Part shown: positions 29,185 to 38,493 of the stretch, in pieces | How positions within the stretch are numbered: the stretch's first letter is position 1 | Layout of the letters: each line of letters opens with the position of its first letter | NCBI GenBank assembly: GCA_038529355.1 | Contig: JBCBDU010000001.1 | Span: forward strand, 90,565-154,564 | DNA length: 64,000 nt | Origin: Pseudomonadota bacterium | GTDB lineage: Bacteria; Pseudomonadota; Gammaproteobacteria; Steroidobacterales; Woeseiaceae | Reading direction: 5' to 3' | Position numbers and translations under genes: made by a program | Notes under the pieces: model-generated | The model's database searches: none | Seen by the model: the letters and a program-made list of their open reading frames with translations, nothing else | Told to the model about the DNA's origin: nothing

Positions 29185-29906
29185 CCGCGTCACTGATCAT
29201 TTCCGCGTATCTGATCGGTCTGGCTGGCAGCATCCATTGCATCGGCATGTGCGGCCCGATGGTCGGCTTGATGGAGTCTAGCATCGCCGATGCCCACTCA
29301 CCGCTGTGGCGCCGAGTGGCCTATCACGTCGGTCGTCTAGTGTTTTATGTGCTGCTCGGCGCCGGCGTTGCAAGCATCGCCGGTGTCGGCATGAACTCAT
29401 CATGGGGTAGTGGCGTTGCACTCACGTTGCGCTTCATCAGCGTCATCGTCATTGCCGCTCTGGCACTGCAATTGTTGCGCGGCAAAAAAACCGGCGGTGC
29501 GCTGGAGCGCATCGGCCAGCAGCTTTGGCAACGCATCTCCCCGCTCGCACGTTTCGTCCTGCCGATGAGCACGCCAACGAAATCCCTGGCGGCCGGTATG
29601 CTATGGGGCGCAGTGCCTTGCGGCATGGTGTACAGCGTCGTCACGCTGGCAGCGACCAGCGCATCAGCGCTCTCCGCGGCTGCCATCATGATGGCTTTCT
29701 GGTCCGGCACATTGCCGACGCTGCTCACGCTCGGCTTTGGCGCCCAACGCGTGAACTCACCGCGCTTGCGACCCCTCACTGGTGCTGCCCTAATGCTCGT
29801 TGCGTTGTTCTCGATTTACACGCTTTGGCCACACCCGACATCAGACGCGGACAACCACGCGCACCACGCAACGATGGGACATATCGAGCACGCCAGCATG
29901 CACTGA
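29181..29906 (+). CDS. Polytopic membrane protein, DsbD_2 / TauE-SafE-like, commonly linked to ccoS
   Basis: 241 aa with about 6 TM helices. Motif GSIHCIGMCGPM near the N-terminus and a His-rich C-terminus. Translationally coupled to ccoS. Confidence 0.75.
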   Translation: MTASLIISAYLIGLAGSIHCIGMCGPMVGLMESSIADAHSPLWRRVAYHVGRLVFYVLLGAGVASIAGVGMNSSWGSGVALTLRFISVIVIAALALQLLRGKKTGGALERIGQQLWQRISPLARFVLPMSTPTKSLAAGMLWGAVPCGMVYSVVTLAATSASALSAAAIMMAFWSGTLPTLLTLGFGAQRVNSPRLRPLTGAALMLVALFSIYTLWPHPTSDADNHAHHATMGHIEHASMH

Positions 29907-29960
29907 CCGACCTGCGTACGCTATGCTGCCGCGGATTGCAGTGGGTAGTGTCTGAGCCGA

Positions 29961-30842
29961 ATGAAAAAAGCACTTTCTTTCATTGTCGTGGCCATGGTCG
30001 CCGCGTTTTTGTGGTTCAAGACCGAAAAGGATGTTGACCCGACGAGCCAAACACCAACGACAATCCAGCAGGCTCCAAACCCTTCGTCTGATCATCCGGA
30101 CTCCGCTGTCGCAACACTACCCGCCGCCAATGCGCAGATCACGCAGTTGGCTGACGATCGCAAGGACAGGCGAACTGACGGCGCTCAACGTGACAGTACG
30201 CTGGAAGTAGCTGCGTGGTACCGACGCAAAGGATACTTCGCAGACCCCGACGAACGTGCTTTCTATATGTCTCAAGATCTGGAGACACTATCGGAGATTG
30301 CTGCTCAGGGCGACGTGCTGGCCGCACGAGCAGCAGGAGATCAACTGCGCAATCGCGATGCGGGAGATCTTGCGATTGTTTTTTATTCGGGCGGCGCATT
30401 CCTCGGATCAACCGAATCGCTCGTAGCCGCCGCACAACTGTACCGAGATGGGCTTGCCGGACTCAGTGATTTGGGCAACCCGGACAACAGACCAATACTG
30501 CAGGCCACCAGCGATGATCCAAAAGCGAATGAGCTGGCGCTGGTCTTGTTAGCCGAGGCGCGCGGAGACTGGCAACTTGCGGCCGATTACTTCGAATCAC
30601 GGGTCGATATGTCAGACTACCCGGCAACCTCGGTTACCGCCGGGTGTCGAGGTGCCAGACAGATCTATCAGAGGATGACGCAGTTACGCGTTCAGACAAG
30701 TCAACCGTATTTTGACGACACACCTTTGCCTGGCGATGCGTCGCAACCCCCCGCCCAGAACGCGCGAATTCGTTCCATCGTGTGCGACGCGGATCTGGAT
30801 GCGCTAGCGCCCAACGCAACCGCGCCGGAAAATCGAGAATGA
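29961..30842 (+). CDS. Hypothetical exported/anchored protein
   Basis: 293 aa. N-terminal hydrophobic anchor MKKALSFIVVAMVAAFLWF, then a Pro/Ser/Thr-rich linker. No motif recognised. Confidence 0.5.
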   Translation: MKKALSFIVVAMVAAFLWFKTEKDVDPTSQTPTTIQQAPNPSSDHPDSAVATLPAANAQITQLADDRKDRRTDGAQRDSTLEVAAWYRRKGYFADPDERAFYMSQDLETLSEIAAQGDVLAARAAGDQLRNRDAGDLAIVFYSGGAFLGSTESLVAAAQLYRDGLAGLSDLGNPDNRPILQATSDDPKANELALVLLAEARGDWQLAADYFESRVDMSDYPATSVTAGCRGARQIYQRMTQLRVQTSQPYFDDTPLPGDASQPPAQNARIRSIVCDADLDALAPNATAPENRE

Positions 30843-30925
30843 CACTGCGCCAGCGAACCCGCGTAGGGGCGTTAGCGCCTGCTATCACCATGCCGCCGTA
30901 AGGATCAGCAGCCACCCTGTTCTCT

Positions 30926-31378
30926 TCACGCCCGTTCATCCTTCGGCGAACCCATCACGACATAGCTCGAGATAGAATTGACCTGCGGCAACGTACCGAG
31001 CACATCAGTGTGGAACGTTTTGTACGCCGCCAAATCCGACACCTCGATACGCAACAGGTATTCGAACGTACCCGTTGTGTTGTGGCATTCCTTGACCTCG
31101 GGTGATTTCACGACGGATCGCTCGAACGCCAATTGCGACTTGCGCGAATGGTCGGACAATCCGACCGCGACGTAGGCGACAAAACCAATCCCTAGTGACG
31201 GCGGGTGCAGTACAGCGCGGTAGCCGGTGATCACACCAGCGCGCTCCAGCTCCTGCACGCGCCGCAGGCACGTCGACGGTGACAACCCGACCGCCTCGGC
31301 CAGATCGGTATTGCTGATACGCGCATTCTCGACCAGCGTTTGCAATATTTTTTGATTAATCACGTCTATTTTCGTCAT
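30926..31378 (-). CDS. Lrp/AsnC family transcriptional regulator
   Basis: Start at MTKIDVINQKILQTLVENARISNTDLAEAVGLSPSTCLRRVQELE (ATG 31378). HTH followed by an AsnC ligand-binding domain. Confidence 0.9.
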   Translation of the reverse strand: MTKIDVINQKILQTLVENARISNTDLAEAVGLSPSTCLRRVQELERAGVITGYRAVLHPPSLGIGFVAYVAVGLSDHSRKSQLAFERSVVKSPEVKECHNTTGTFEYLLRIEVSDLAAYKTFHTDVLGTLPQVNSISSYVVMGSPKDERA

Positions 31379-31444
31379 TTGTTGCAATATTGCGCGCAGA
31401 ACTTGGAGATTTGCAAGCCTATTCGATCTGATTGCTGACACACT

Positions 31445-32050
31445 GTGGGCATGAATCTCGACACCTTGCTAGCCCTCGTTGCCTTCGCCTTCGTCTCGTC
31501 AATCACCCCAGGACCCAACAACCTGATGCTGATGGCGTCCGGGGCGAACTTCGGCTTCCGTCGCACGCTGCCACACATGCTTGGCGTCGCGTTCGGCTTC
31601 ATGTTCATGCTGTTGATTGTGGGAATCGGGCTGACGCAGTTGTTCATCCGCTTCCCAGCCAGTTACACCGTGCTGCGTGTCGTCAGCGTGATCTATCTGG
31701 CCTATCTTGCCTGGAAGATCGCAACAGCAAGCCCTGTCACAACCGATGCCGATCAGCGCGCAGGCAAACCGTTCTCATTCTTGCAGGCCGCTGCGTTCCA
31801 ATGGGTGAACCCCAAAGCGTGGATCATGGGATTGACCGCCATCAGTGTGTACGCGGGTGATCGCAGCTTCACGCAGGTGCTGATCGTAACGCTGGTGTTC
31901 GGCATCGTGAACATCCCGTCGGTCAGCAGCTGGGCAGCGCTTGGGCAACAGATCAGTCGCTGGCTGAGCACGCCGACGCGGCTCCGCGCGTTCAACGTAA
32001 CGATGGCGGTGCTGCTGGTTGGCTCGTTGGTGCCCAGCCTGATGGAATAG
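31445..32050 (+). CDS. LysE/RhtB family amino-acid exporter
   Basis: 201 aa with 6 TM helices and N-terminal motif ITPGPNNLMLMASGANFG. Divergent from the Lrp regulator, a classical pairing. Confidence 0.88.
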   Translation: MGMNLDTLLALVAFAFVSSITPGPNNLMLMASGANFGFRRTLPHMLGVAFGFMFMLLIVGIGLTQLFIRFPASYTVLRVVSVIYLAYLAWKIATASPVTTDADQRAGKPFSFLQAAAFQWVNPKAWIMGLTAISVYAGDRSFTQVLIVTLVFGIVNIPSVSSWAALGQQISRWLSTPTRLRAFNVTMAVLLVGSLVPSLME

Positions 32051-32077
32051 CACCGCGGCACTCGTTAAGCTTGGCGG

Positions 32078-33358
32078 ATGCTCACACTCGATTCACTGTT
32101 GGCGCCCCTTGCCGACATCCAACCATGGCTACCGACAGCAACGCTGATCGCGCTGCTCATCGCGGCCGTCTGGATCGTCGACGCGGTTGCGCGCAATCGT
32201 TTGCAAGCGGCAGCGACCCTGTTCGCGCGCCAAACCAAATCAACGTGGGACGACGCCCTGGTTGATCAGGGTGTGTTCGCACGCCTGGCGCATCTGATCC
32301 CCGCCGCGCTCGTCTATTTTGCCATCGCGCAAATTCCGGACATCTCCGACAGCATTGTCACAATCGTGCGCAATGTCGCAACAGCCTATGGCATCTTCGT
32401 CATCGTGCGCACGATCAGCGCCGTACTGAGCGCCGTCAACGTACTCTACGAGGCAGGCGCCAGTGCCGTAGAGCGACCGATCAAAGGTTATATCCAAATC
32501 ACCAAACTGGCGCTGTACTGCATCGGCGCCATTGTGATCGTTGCCGCACTCATCGACAAATCGCCGCTGATCCTGCTGAGTGGTTTCGGCGCGATGACTG
32601 CGGTGCTATTGCTGATCTTTAAAGACACCATACTGTCACTCGTCGCCAGCGTTCAAATTTCCAGTCTCGACATGATTCGGGTCGGCGACTGGATCGAAAT
32701 GCCGCAACTGAACGCCGATGGTGATGTCATCGATATCGCGTTGCATACCGTGCGGGTGCAGAACTGGGACAAGACAATCACGACGATTCCGACGCATCGG
32801 CTGATCTCAGAATCGTTCATGAACTGGCGCGGCATGCAGCAGGCCGGCGGGCGCCGGATCAAGCGGGCGTTGTCGATCGACGTGCAGTCCGTGCGCTTTC
32901 TGAGTGCAGAAGAGATCAAGCATTTCGAGCGCTTTGCACTACTGAAAAATTACATGCGCGACAAACAGCAGGAACTGGACGGCTACAATGCCGGGCTGCC
33001 AGACGAAACCGCAGACGACGTGAATATGCGCCGGCTGACGAACCTCGGCACGCTGCGCGCCTATCTGATCAACTACCTGCGCCATCACCCGCGTATTCAT
33101 GACGACATGACGCTATTGGTGCGTCAGTTGCAACCGGGCGCACATGGCATACCGATCGAGATCTATTGCTTTACGCAGACCACAGCGTGGGCAGAGTATG
33201 AATCGATTCAGGCCGACCTGTTCGATCACTTGCTGGCAATTTTGCCGCAGTTCAATCTGCGCGTTTATCAGGCGCCGAGCGGTCATGACTTCGATGCGCT
33301 GCGCCCTTCGTATGCACCATCGGAACATGGTCTTACGCAACAACCGCAAGATCCGTGA
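32078..33358 (+). CDS. Mechanosensitive ion channel, MscS family
   Basis: 426 aa. TM helices, then the MscS beta domain GDWIEMPQLNADGDVIDIALHTVRVQNWDKTITTIPTHRL. Confidence 0.88.
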   Translation: MLTLDSLLAPLADIQPWLPTATLIALLIAAVWIVDAVARNRLQAAATLFARQTKSTWDDALVDQGVFARLAHLIPAALVYFAIAQIPDISDSIVTIVRNVATAYGIFVIVRTISAVLSAVNVLYEAGASAVERPIKGYIQITKLALYCIGAIVIVAALIDKSPLILLSGFGAMTAVLLLIFKDTILSLVASVQISSLDMIRVGDWIEMPQLNADGDVIDIALHTVRVQNWDKTITTIPTHRLISESFMNWRGMQQAGGRRIKRALSIDVQSVRFLSAEEIKHFERFALLKNYMRDKQQELDGYNAGLPDETADDVNMRRLTNLGTLRAYLINYLRHHPRIHDDMTLLVRQLQPGAHGIPIEIYCFTQTTAWAEYESIQADLFDHLLAILPQFNLRVYQAPSGHDFDALRPSYAPSEHGLTQQPQDP

Positions 33359-33399
33359 GCGCGACGAACTGCGTCGGGCGCCAAGCCTGGCAGTCTTCG

Positions 33400-34581
33400 T
33401 TAGCTTTGACGCTTAAGGCGACGCTTCAATGCAGCTACCTTCTGGATACTGCTGGTGAATGCCGTGGTCGCACTGCCGAAAGTGAAATAGCCAGCATTCA
33501 ACGTATCGATATCCGGCCACAGCCGCTCCATGAATGAACCGGGCATCGCGCCGCTATCCATATGCCGGATATCAGCCAGACACTCCGGCATGTGCGTCAC
33601 CAACTCGAGCTCATTCAACACACCAACACTGTAGTCGGCGTAATCCGGGTTCCAGCCAAGCTTGAACGCGTAGGCAAACGCGCCCGAGCGCAAATTGCAC
33701 GTTGACGCAATCACGCGCCCGTCCAGACAAATTTCTGTGAAGAACACTTTGTCACGCTGCCGCATCAGTTCGATCATCTCGCGAAAGAACGCCTCATGCT
33801 CAGGCTGCGCGGCCAATGATGTGCCCGCGTCGCGCCGGAAACCGGTGTTCTCAAGAGCAAGAAAGTCATCGATCGTGCTGGCCGTGACAGAGCCGCCAGT
33901 AACAAATCGCCATTGGTAGTCACCCAGCGCAGCCAATTTGCGCTGCTTGCGCTCGTAGTTGCGGCGACTGTTGCGTGACAGGTGCTGGCGTACGAAATCA
34001 ACCGGCACTGTAGCCGGTCGAATCGTTGCTCGCGGCTCATCCGCATAGGCGTGCCAGGCGACGTTGATGGCTCGCATTTCGTCAGCGGCCGCATCGGACA
34101 GCACCAATGGCAATGCAAAACAGGCGACGCCGACGGCACGCCAGCGGCGCTGCTGTTTGCGTAAGAACGTATCGAACAAGACGCGGATTGCCAATGCATC
34201 ACACTCTTTGTGCAGCAACAGTCCGGTCAAGTAACCATGCGGCGGACGGTACGCCTCCAGCACGCGTGTGAACAACGTCGCGCTCGCACGGCGCTCGGTA
34301 AAAATGCCAAGCGCAATGGCCTGCCAGGTGCCGTCGTGCCAGCGTTCGGATATCAGTAGCACAAAAGCCAGGTCGGGCGTCAAGTGGCGCAACGATGGCA
34401 CCACGAAGTCCGCCGAAAGATATACATTGGCATGTTGCGCGTCGTCCTCAAGCGCACGCCAGCCTTGCAGCGTCGTCGCATCCAGCGCATCCAGTGAGGT
34501 GACGATGCGAGTGCGCACGCGTACGTCGCAAACAACAGATTCTGCGGGTTCAATTAATGTTGGATTGAGCGCCATTAGCAT
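33400..34581 (-). CDS. CelD/BcsL-like (Acetyltransf_6, FemAB-related) GNAT acyltransferase
   Basis: 393 aa. Pattern SRNSRRNYERKQRKLAALG ... FFTEICLDGRVIASTCNLRSGAFAYAFKLGWNPDYADYSVGVLNE matches my memory of the CelD-like GNAT family. SD GGGTGAG lies 6 nt upstream, and the gene starts 16 nt after the upstream gene. Confidence 0.7.
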   Translation of the reverse strand: MLMALNPTLIEPAESVVCDVRVRTRIVTSLDALDATTLQGWRALEDDAQHANVYLSADFVVPSLRHLTPDLAFVLLISERWHDGTWQAIALGIFTERRASATLFTRVLEAYRPPHGYLTGLLLHKECDALAIRVLFDTFLRKQQRRWRAVGVACFALPLVLSDAAADEMRAINVAWHAYADEPRATIRPATVPVDFVRQHLSRNSRRNYERKQRKLAALGDYQWRFVTGGSVTASTIDDFLALENTGFRRDAGTSLAAQPEHEAFFREMIELMRQRDKVFFTEICLDGRVIASTCNLRSGAFAYAFKLGWNPDYADYSVGVLNELELVTHMPECLADIRHMDSGAMPGSFMERLWPDIDTLNAGYFTFGSATTAFTSSIQKVAALKRRLKRQS

Positions 34582-34597
34582 CGACTCACCCTGCCCA

Positions 34598-35851
34598 CTA
34601 CAGGCTCAAGGGCAATACAGCTAGACGCTCAAACAATCGGTCGTCGGCAAGTGCCGGCCGTTCGCGTCGACCAAGAATGGCAAGCACAGCATGTTGCTGC
34701 GCTGTCATGAACTGGCGAACCCGGTCCGCCGCTGCGCGATAGTGCGCCACAACATCTGCTTCGTTGTCCAATTGCGTGGTGCCTGCCGCGATCTGTTCAA
34801 CAAGCGCACGCGCATCGGTAAGGTTTACCGGCGCATCGAGCTGCGCTGTTGCCAGCAACTCAACCAATTGCCAAAGTTGTGCGTTGTCGTTCAGATGCGC
34901 AAGCCGCGCAGTCAGGCGCGGCTCGGTAACGTCACTGCACGCGGTCAGCACCGTGTCGGCGACGGATGCATTGCCTGTCCTGCCATGCTCGTGAACCCAC
35001 TGAAAGTATGCGCAGCGCAGCGCACGTTGCACCAGCAGAATCACGCATTCGATGTAAAGCGCATGCGTCGTATACGTCAGCAACTGACCAGGCTCAGCGT
35101 ATTGCGTCAGCGCATCCATGTCAGTATCAGCATCGACCGCTTGCAGATAGTTGAACAGCTCAATGATCTTCTTTTTGCTGCCTCCGCAGGCGCGACCACT
35201 CGGTGAGATAAAAATACCCTCGCGATCCGCGAACTCGAAAAAGTCTTCGGCGCTCACATGCGGATCATGTCGTGCGTTGCCCCACAACATCTCCTGCGCA
35301 ACCATGAAAAAACCCGCAATCAATTTGAACTGGGTCGCCACTAACGCCGGAATCTGACCGCTGCGCAGTGGCGCTTGACCACGTCGTACCATCAATGCTG
35401 GTAACGCACAGCCCATTTTCGACACGACGAATAGCTCACGCATGCCCAGCGTCTTGCCATGCGCACCGAAACCATCGTCAAACAGCCGGCGCATTGCGCC
35501 CATAACCGGCAACGCCTGATTCCACGTGCGCATGACCATGTGCAGCGCGGTCATGTTGATCACCGAACCCGATCGCGACCCAGGCATATTGCTGGCGTGG
35601 TAGTCCGTGGCGACGTGTTCGCGAAAAAACACCGGCCATGCGTTTTCTTCACCGAGCTGGCGGCCATCCACGCAGTGCAATGTCGATGGCCCCAGCCATA
35701 CACCACAGTCGAATTCCATCGTGGGCGTTGCCCACGGTGGTGGCCGGAATACGGAAGTAACTCGAATAACCGTGCGTTGTAACGGCGTTTCGTAGTAGGC
35801 GCGCTTTAACAGTTGTTTTGCGTGCTGTGACACAGTCCCCTTGCCCCGCAC
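34598..35851 (-). CDS. Uncharacterised 417-aa cytoplasmic protein
   Basis: Long ORF in the same orientation as, and coupled to, the CelD-like gene. No signal peptide or TM helix. No motif I can assign. Confidence 0.6.
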   Translation of the reverse strand: MRGKGTVSQHAKQLLKRAYYETPLQRTVIRVTSVFRPPPWATPTMEFDCGVWLGPSTLHCVDGRQLGEENAWPVFFREHVATDYHASNMPGSRSGSVINMTALHMVMRTWNQALPVMGAMRRLFDDGFGAHGKTLGMRELFVVSKMGCALPALMVRRGQAPLRSGQIPALVATQFKLIAGFFMVAQEMLWGNARHDPHVSAEDFFEFADREGIFISPSGRACGGSKKKIIELFNYLQAVDADTDMDALTQYAEPGQLLTYTTHALYIECVILLVQRALRCAYFQWVHEHGRTGNASVADTVLTACSDVTEPRLTARLAHLNDNAQLWQLVELLATAQLDAPVNLTDARALVEQIAAGTTQLDNEADVVAHYRAAADRVRQFMTAQQHAVLAILGRRERPALADDRLFERLAVLPLSL

Positions 35852-35995
35852 GGAAATTTAGACAAAACCGATCAGTATTATCCAAGAATATCGCAAAAGT
35901 ATCACGCCGAATGTCACAGAATCCGGTGAGGAGCACCCTGCCCGGCGATGTTGCACCGCAGTTGAGCTGCAATAGCGCCAGCAGCGACCAGCAGA

Positions 35996-36358
35996 TCAGG
36001 CCTTATCAGCGAGCATCTGCAATCGCAGACTGCGGATCTCGCCGATCACAGCGCGCCGATTCAGACGCATGTTGAACCACAGTTTCAAGGCGATTTGTGC
36101 GGAGTTCAGCATGATAGCGAATGCGGCAAATGTCAGTTTGTCGCTGATCGATTCGGCCTGCACCAGACCGATAACGCAATAGATCAACGCCGCACCGGCT
36201 ATAAGGATCGCAACCCAGGTCCAGATTCTTAATTCACTGCCAGGGCCACGGAAACTGCTCCACACCTCCCTATAAAAGCCGTCTTCCTCGTAAACATCCA
36301 AGGTCTGTGCATCGTGCTCAGCCAGCAGATCACGCATTTTTTCGTCAAAATCTGTCAT
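35996..36358 (-). CDS. Two-TM membrane protein, putative cognate anti-sigma factor
   Basis: 120 aa. 4-nt overlap with the ECF sigma gene. Acidic cytoplasmic N-terminus, two TM helices. No HxxxCxxC zinc anti-sigma motif. Confidence 0.55.
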   Translation of the reverse strand: MTDFDEKMRDLLAEHDAQTLDVYEEDGFYREVWSSFRGPGSELRIWTWVAILIAGAALIYCVIGLVQAESISDKLTFAAFAIMLNSAQIALKLWFNMRLNRRAVIGEIRSLRLQMLADKA

Positions 36359-36912
36359 GTCGGTTCTCCGGTTAGTTCGATATCAGCCGCTTCTCGCAAT
36401 CGCTTGCGCGCGTTGAACAGCCGTGACTTGACGGTGCCCGCCGGCACGGCCAGCACACGACCGATTTCAGCGACCGTAAAGCCATATTCATAAAACAAGA
36501 TCAGCAATCGTTTGTCCTCTGCACCCAGCGCCGCGAACAGCGACTCGAGCGTGGTGTCCGCAGCCGGCGTGACTTCCGGCGATTGCTGAGCGAGAGTCAG
36601 TGCCTCGCGAATTTCGCGCAGCCGCACCGCACCACGAATGTGGTCAGCGGCGCGTCGCCGGATGATCGTGAACGACCATGCCTTGAATTGATTAACGTCT
36701 TTAAGCCGATGGATGTTGCGCGCAATCGCCAATGCGGCCTCTTGCATCACATCCCCCGAATCATCGCGATTGCCGACCAACCAATGCGCGAAGCGCGCCC
36801 AGCGTGGATGCCAACGCCGGTACAGGATCGCGAACGCGCGCTCGTCACCGGCAACACACAACTCAACCAGAGCGCGCTCTTCTGCGGACAATTGCGGCGT
36901 TGTTTGCGACAC
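36355..36912 (-). CDS. ECF-type RNA polymerase sigma-70 family factor
   Basis: 185 aa. Region 2 (FAILYRRWHPRWARFAHWLVGNRDDSGDVMQEA) and region 4 HTH (GFTVAEIGRVLAVPAGTVKSRLFNARKRL). Confidence 0.9.
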   Translation of the reverse strand: MSQTTPQLSAEERALVELCVAGDERAFAILYRRWHPRWARFAHWLVGNRDDSGDVMQEAALAIARNIHRLKDVNQFKAWSFTIIRRRAADHIRGAVRLREIREALTLAQQSPEVTPAADTTLESLFAALGAEDKRLLILFYEYGFTVAEIGRVLAVPAGTVKSRLFNARKRLREAADIELTGEPT

Positions 36913-37110
36913 CTGACACCTTTCGGGTTTACCTTGCGATTACACAGTAGTCGATCCAGAGCACCAAACGGTTCATCTTGCGGCAAAAAAGAACGATCAC
37001 AGGCAAACGTAGCCGTTCGACACGTGATCAGGCACGTTCACTATTGATTCACGGGCAGGCACAATGCGCTTAACTCGTTCAGGCAATCCTTTCGCCATCT
37101 TTAAAGCACA

Positions 37111-37977
37111 ATGATGCTCAGCAAATCAGCGACCCGTCGAATTGGCGCCAGACGCGCATGCGCGAACTGGCGCGTGTCGCTATGCATCCTTGCGCTGCCC
37201 GTTGGACTTGTTGCACGCGCTGACCTGCCGGCGCATACGCCTGTGCCCGGCGGCATCGCTGTTATCGATCTGGGCGCAACGCAACCGGAGACAGCGACGC
37301 TCGCAGGCCGCGATGTCGCTATTGTCAAAGACGGTGCGCGGTGGGTCGCCGTTGCCGGCATTCCGCTGGATGTGGCCGAACAAACACTACCGCTAACCAT
37401 CAAGCGCCCCACTGGCATCCGTACACGGGCGATCGCTGTTTCTCCGGTCACCTACCGCGAGCAGCACTTAACCATTAAGGAACAGCGCTACGTTACGCCG
37501 GACGAGAAGCAGCTGCAGCGCTACCGACGGGAGCGCGCGCAGATGGATGCCGCGCGCGCTAGCCGCACACCTGCCGATTCGTTCGACGTATTTGACCGCG
37601 CGCCGGTTGACGGGCCGCGCAGCGACAGCTTCGGCGCCAGACGCTTCTACAACGGGCAGCCACGCAATCCGCATAGTGGCATGGACATTTCAGCGCCGGC
37701 AGGAACGCCGGTACGCGCGCCGGGCGCAGGTCGTGTCGTCGCCGTCGGCGACTATTTTTTCAACGGCAAAACCGTCATGGTTGACCATGGTGCGGGTCTT
37801 GTGACCATGTATTGCCATCTGTCAGCCATCGCCGTCAGCGACGGCGATACGATCAATGTCGGACAAACGTTGGGTCGCGTCGGCGCAACCGGTCGCGTGA
37901 CCGGCGCACACCTGCATTGGGGTGTCTACCTCAGTGGTGTCGCCATCAATCCGGCGTTGATGCTGAGCGATCCTTAG
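37111..37977 (+). CDS. M23 family metallopeptidase
   Basis: 288 aa. Signal-like N-terminus. Motifs HSGMDISAPAGTPV and GRVTGAHLHWGVY. Confidence 0.9.
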   Translation: MMLSKSATRRIGARRACANWRVSLCILALPVGLVARADLPAHTPVPGGIAVIDLGATQPETATLAGRDVAIVKDGARWVAVAGIPLDVAEQTLPLTIKRPTGIRTRAIAVSPVTYREQHLTIKEQRYVTPDEKQLQRYRRERAQMDAARASRTPADSFDVFDRAPVDGPRSDSFGARRFYNGQPRNPHSGMDISAPAGTPVRAPGAGRVVAVGDYFFNGKTVMVDHGAGLVTMYCHLSAIAVSDGDTINVGQTLGRVGATGRVTGAHLHWGVYLSGVAINPALMLSDP

Positions 37978-38013
37978 CGACAAGCTGGCAATCGACTAGC
38001 CCGTTATTGCAGC

Positions 38014-38445
38014 TCATTCTTCAGCCAAGCTCGGGCAAGCCGCAAGTGCCTGTCGATCGTGCAAGGCAAGCAATTCATCGTCGCACCCAACTGTGGCAAA
38101 ACGCCCTTCGTCCAGCGTGACCTTGAGGTCATCTGCACCACGTTTTTATGCACGTCGCGCTTTGGTATGGCCCACATGCAAGCGCAGCATCATACGCGCA
38201 GCGAGCGCCGAGAAATGCGCCCGATCCTGCCAGTCGACGTCGACATCGACATCGACCAGGCGCTAGAACGCTTCATGCACGAGCGCAGTTGGTTGCAACG
38301 TGTGCGCTGCATGCTCTGCGCAAAACAGACGGCGCGCGGTACTTTGCAGTTACTCATACACCACCGGTGTCAGCGCACTGCCGGCGTCCGCCTCGCCACC
38401 CAAGCATTGCTGCGGCAATTGCGTGATGTTGCCTGACTTTTGCAT
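38014..38445 (-). pseudogene. Decayed ECF sigma factor (TIGR02999 / Sigma70_ECF-like), 5' fragment with three in-frame stops
   Basis: A single reverse frame reads MQKSGNITQLPQQCLGGEADAGSALTPVVYE*LQSTARRLFCAEHAAHTLQPTALVHEAF*RLVDVDVDVDWQDRAHFSALAARMMLRLHVGHTKARRA*KRGADDLKVTLDE...LLALHDRQ. HTLQPTALV.EA.LRLVD and WQ.RAHF are the family hallmark as I remember it. Stops are TAA 38352-38350, TAG 38265-38263 and TAA 38148-38146. The region-4 part is absent. Confidence 0.6.
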
Positions 38446-38493
38446 ACGATGATCGCAGCAGCTAACGCGCCCGTCTCGGGAGCGTATGCCGGT

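Noticed and set aside
38059-38436. 125-aa plus-strand ORF in the peptidase-amidase gap
   Set aside because: It is Cys/Arg/His-rich and motif-free. The opposite strand reads as an ECF sigma pseudogene, which explains the open antisense frame.
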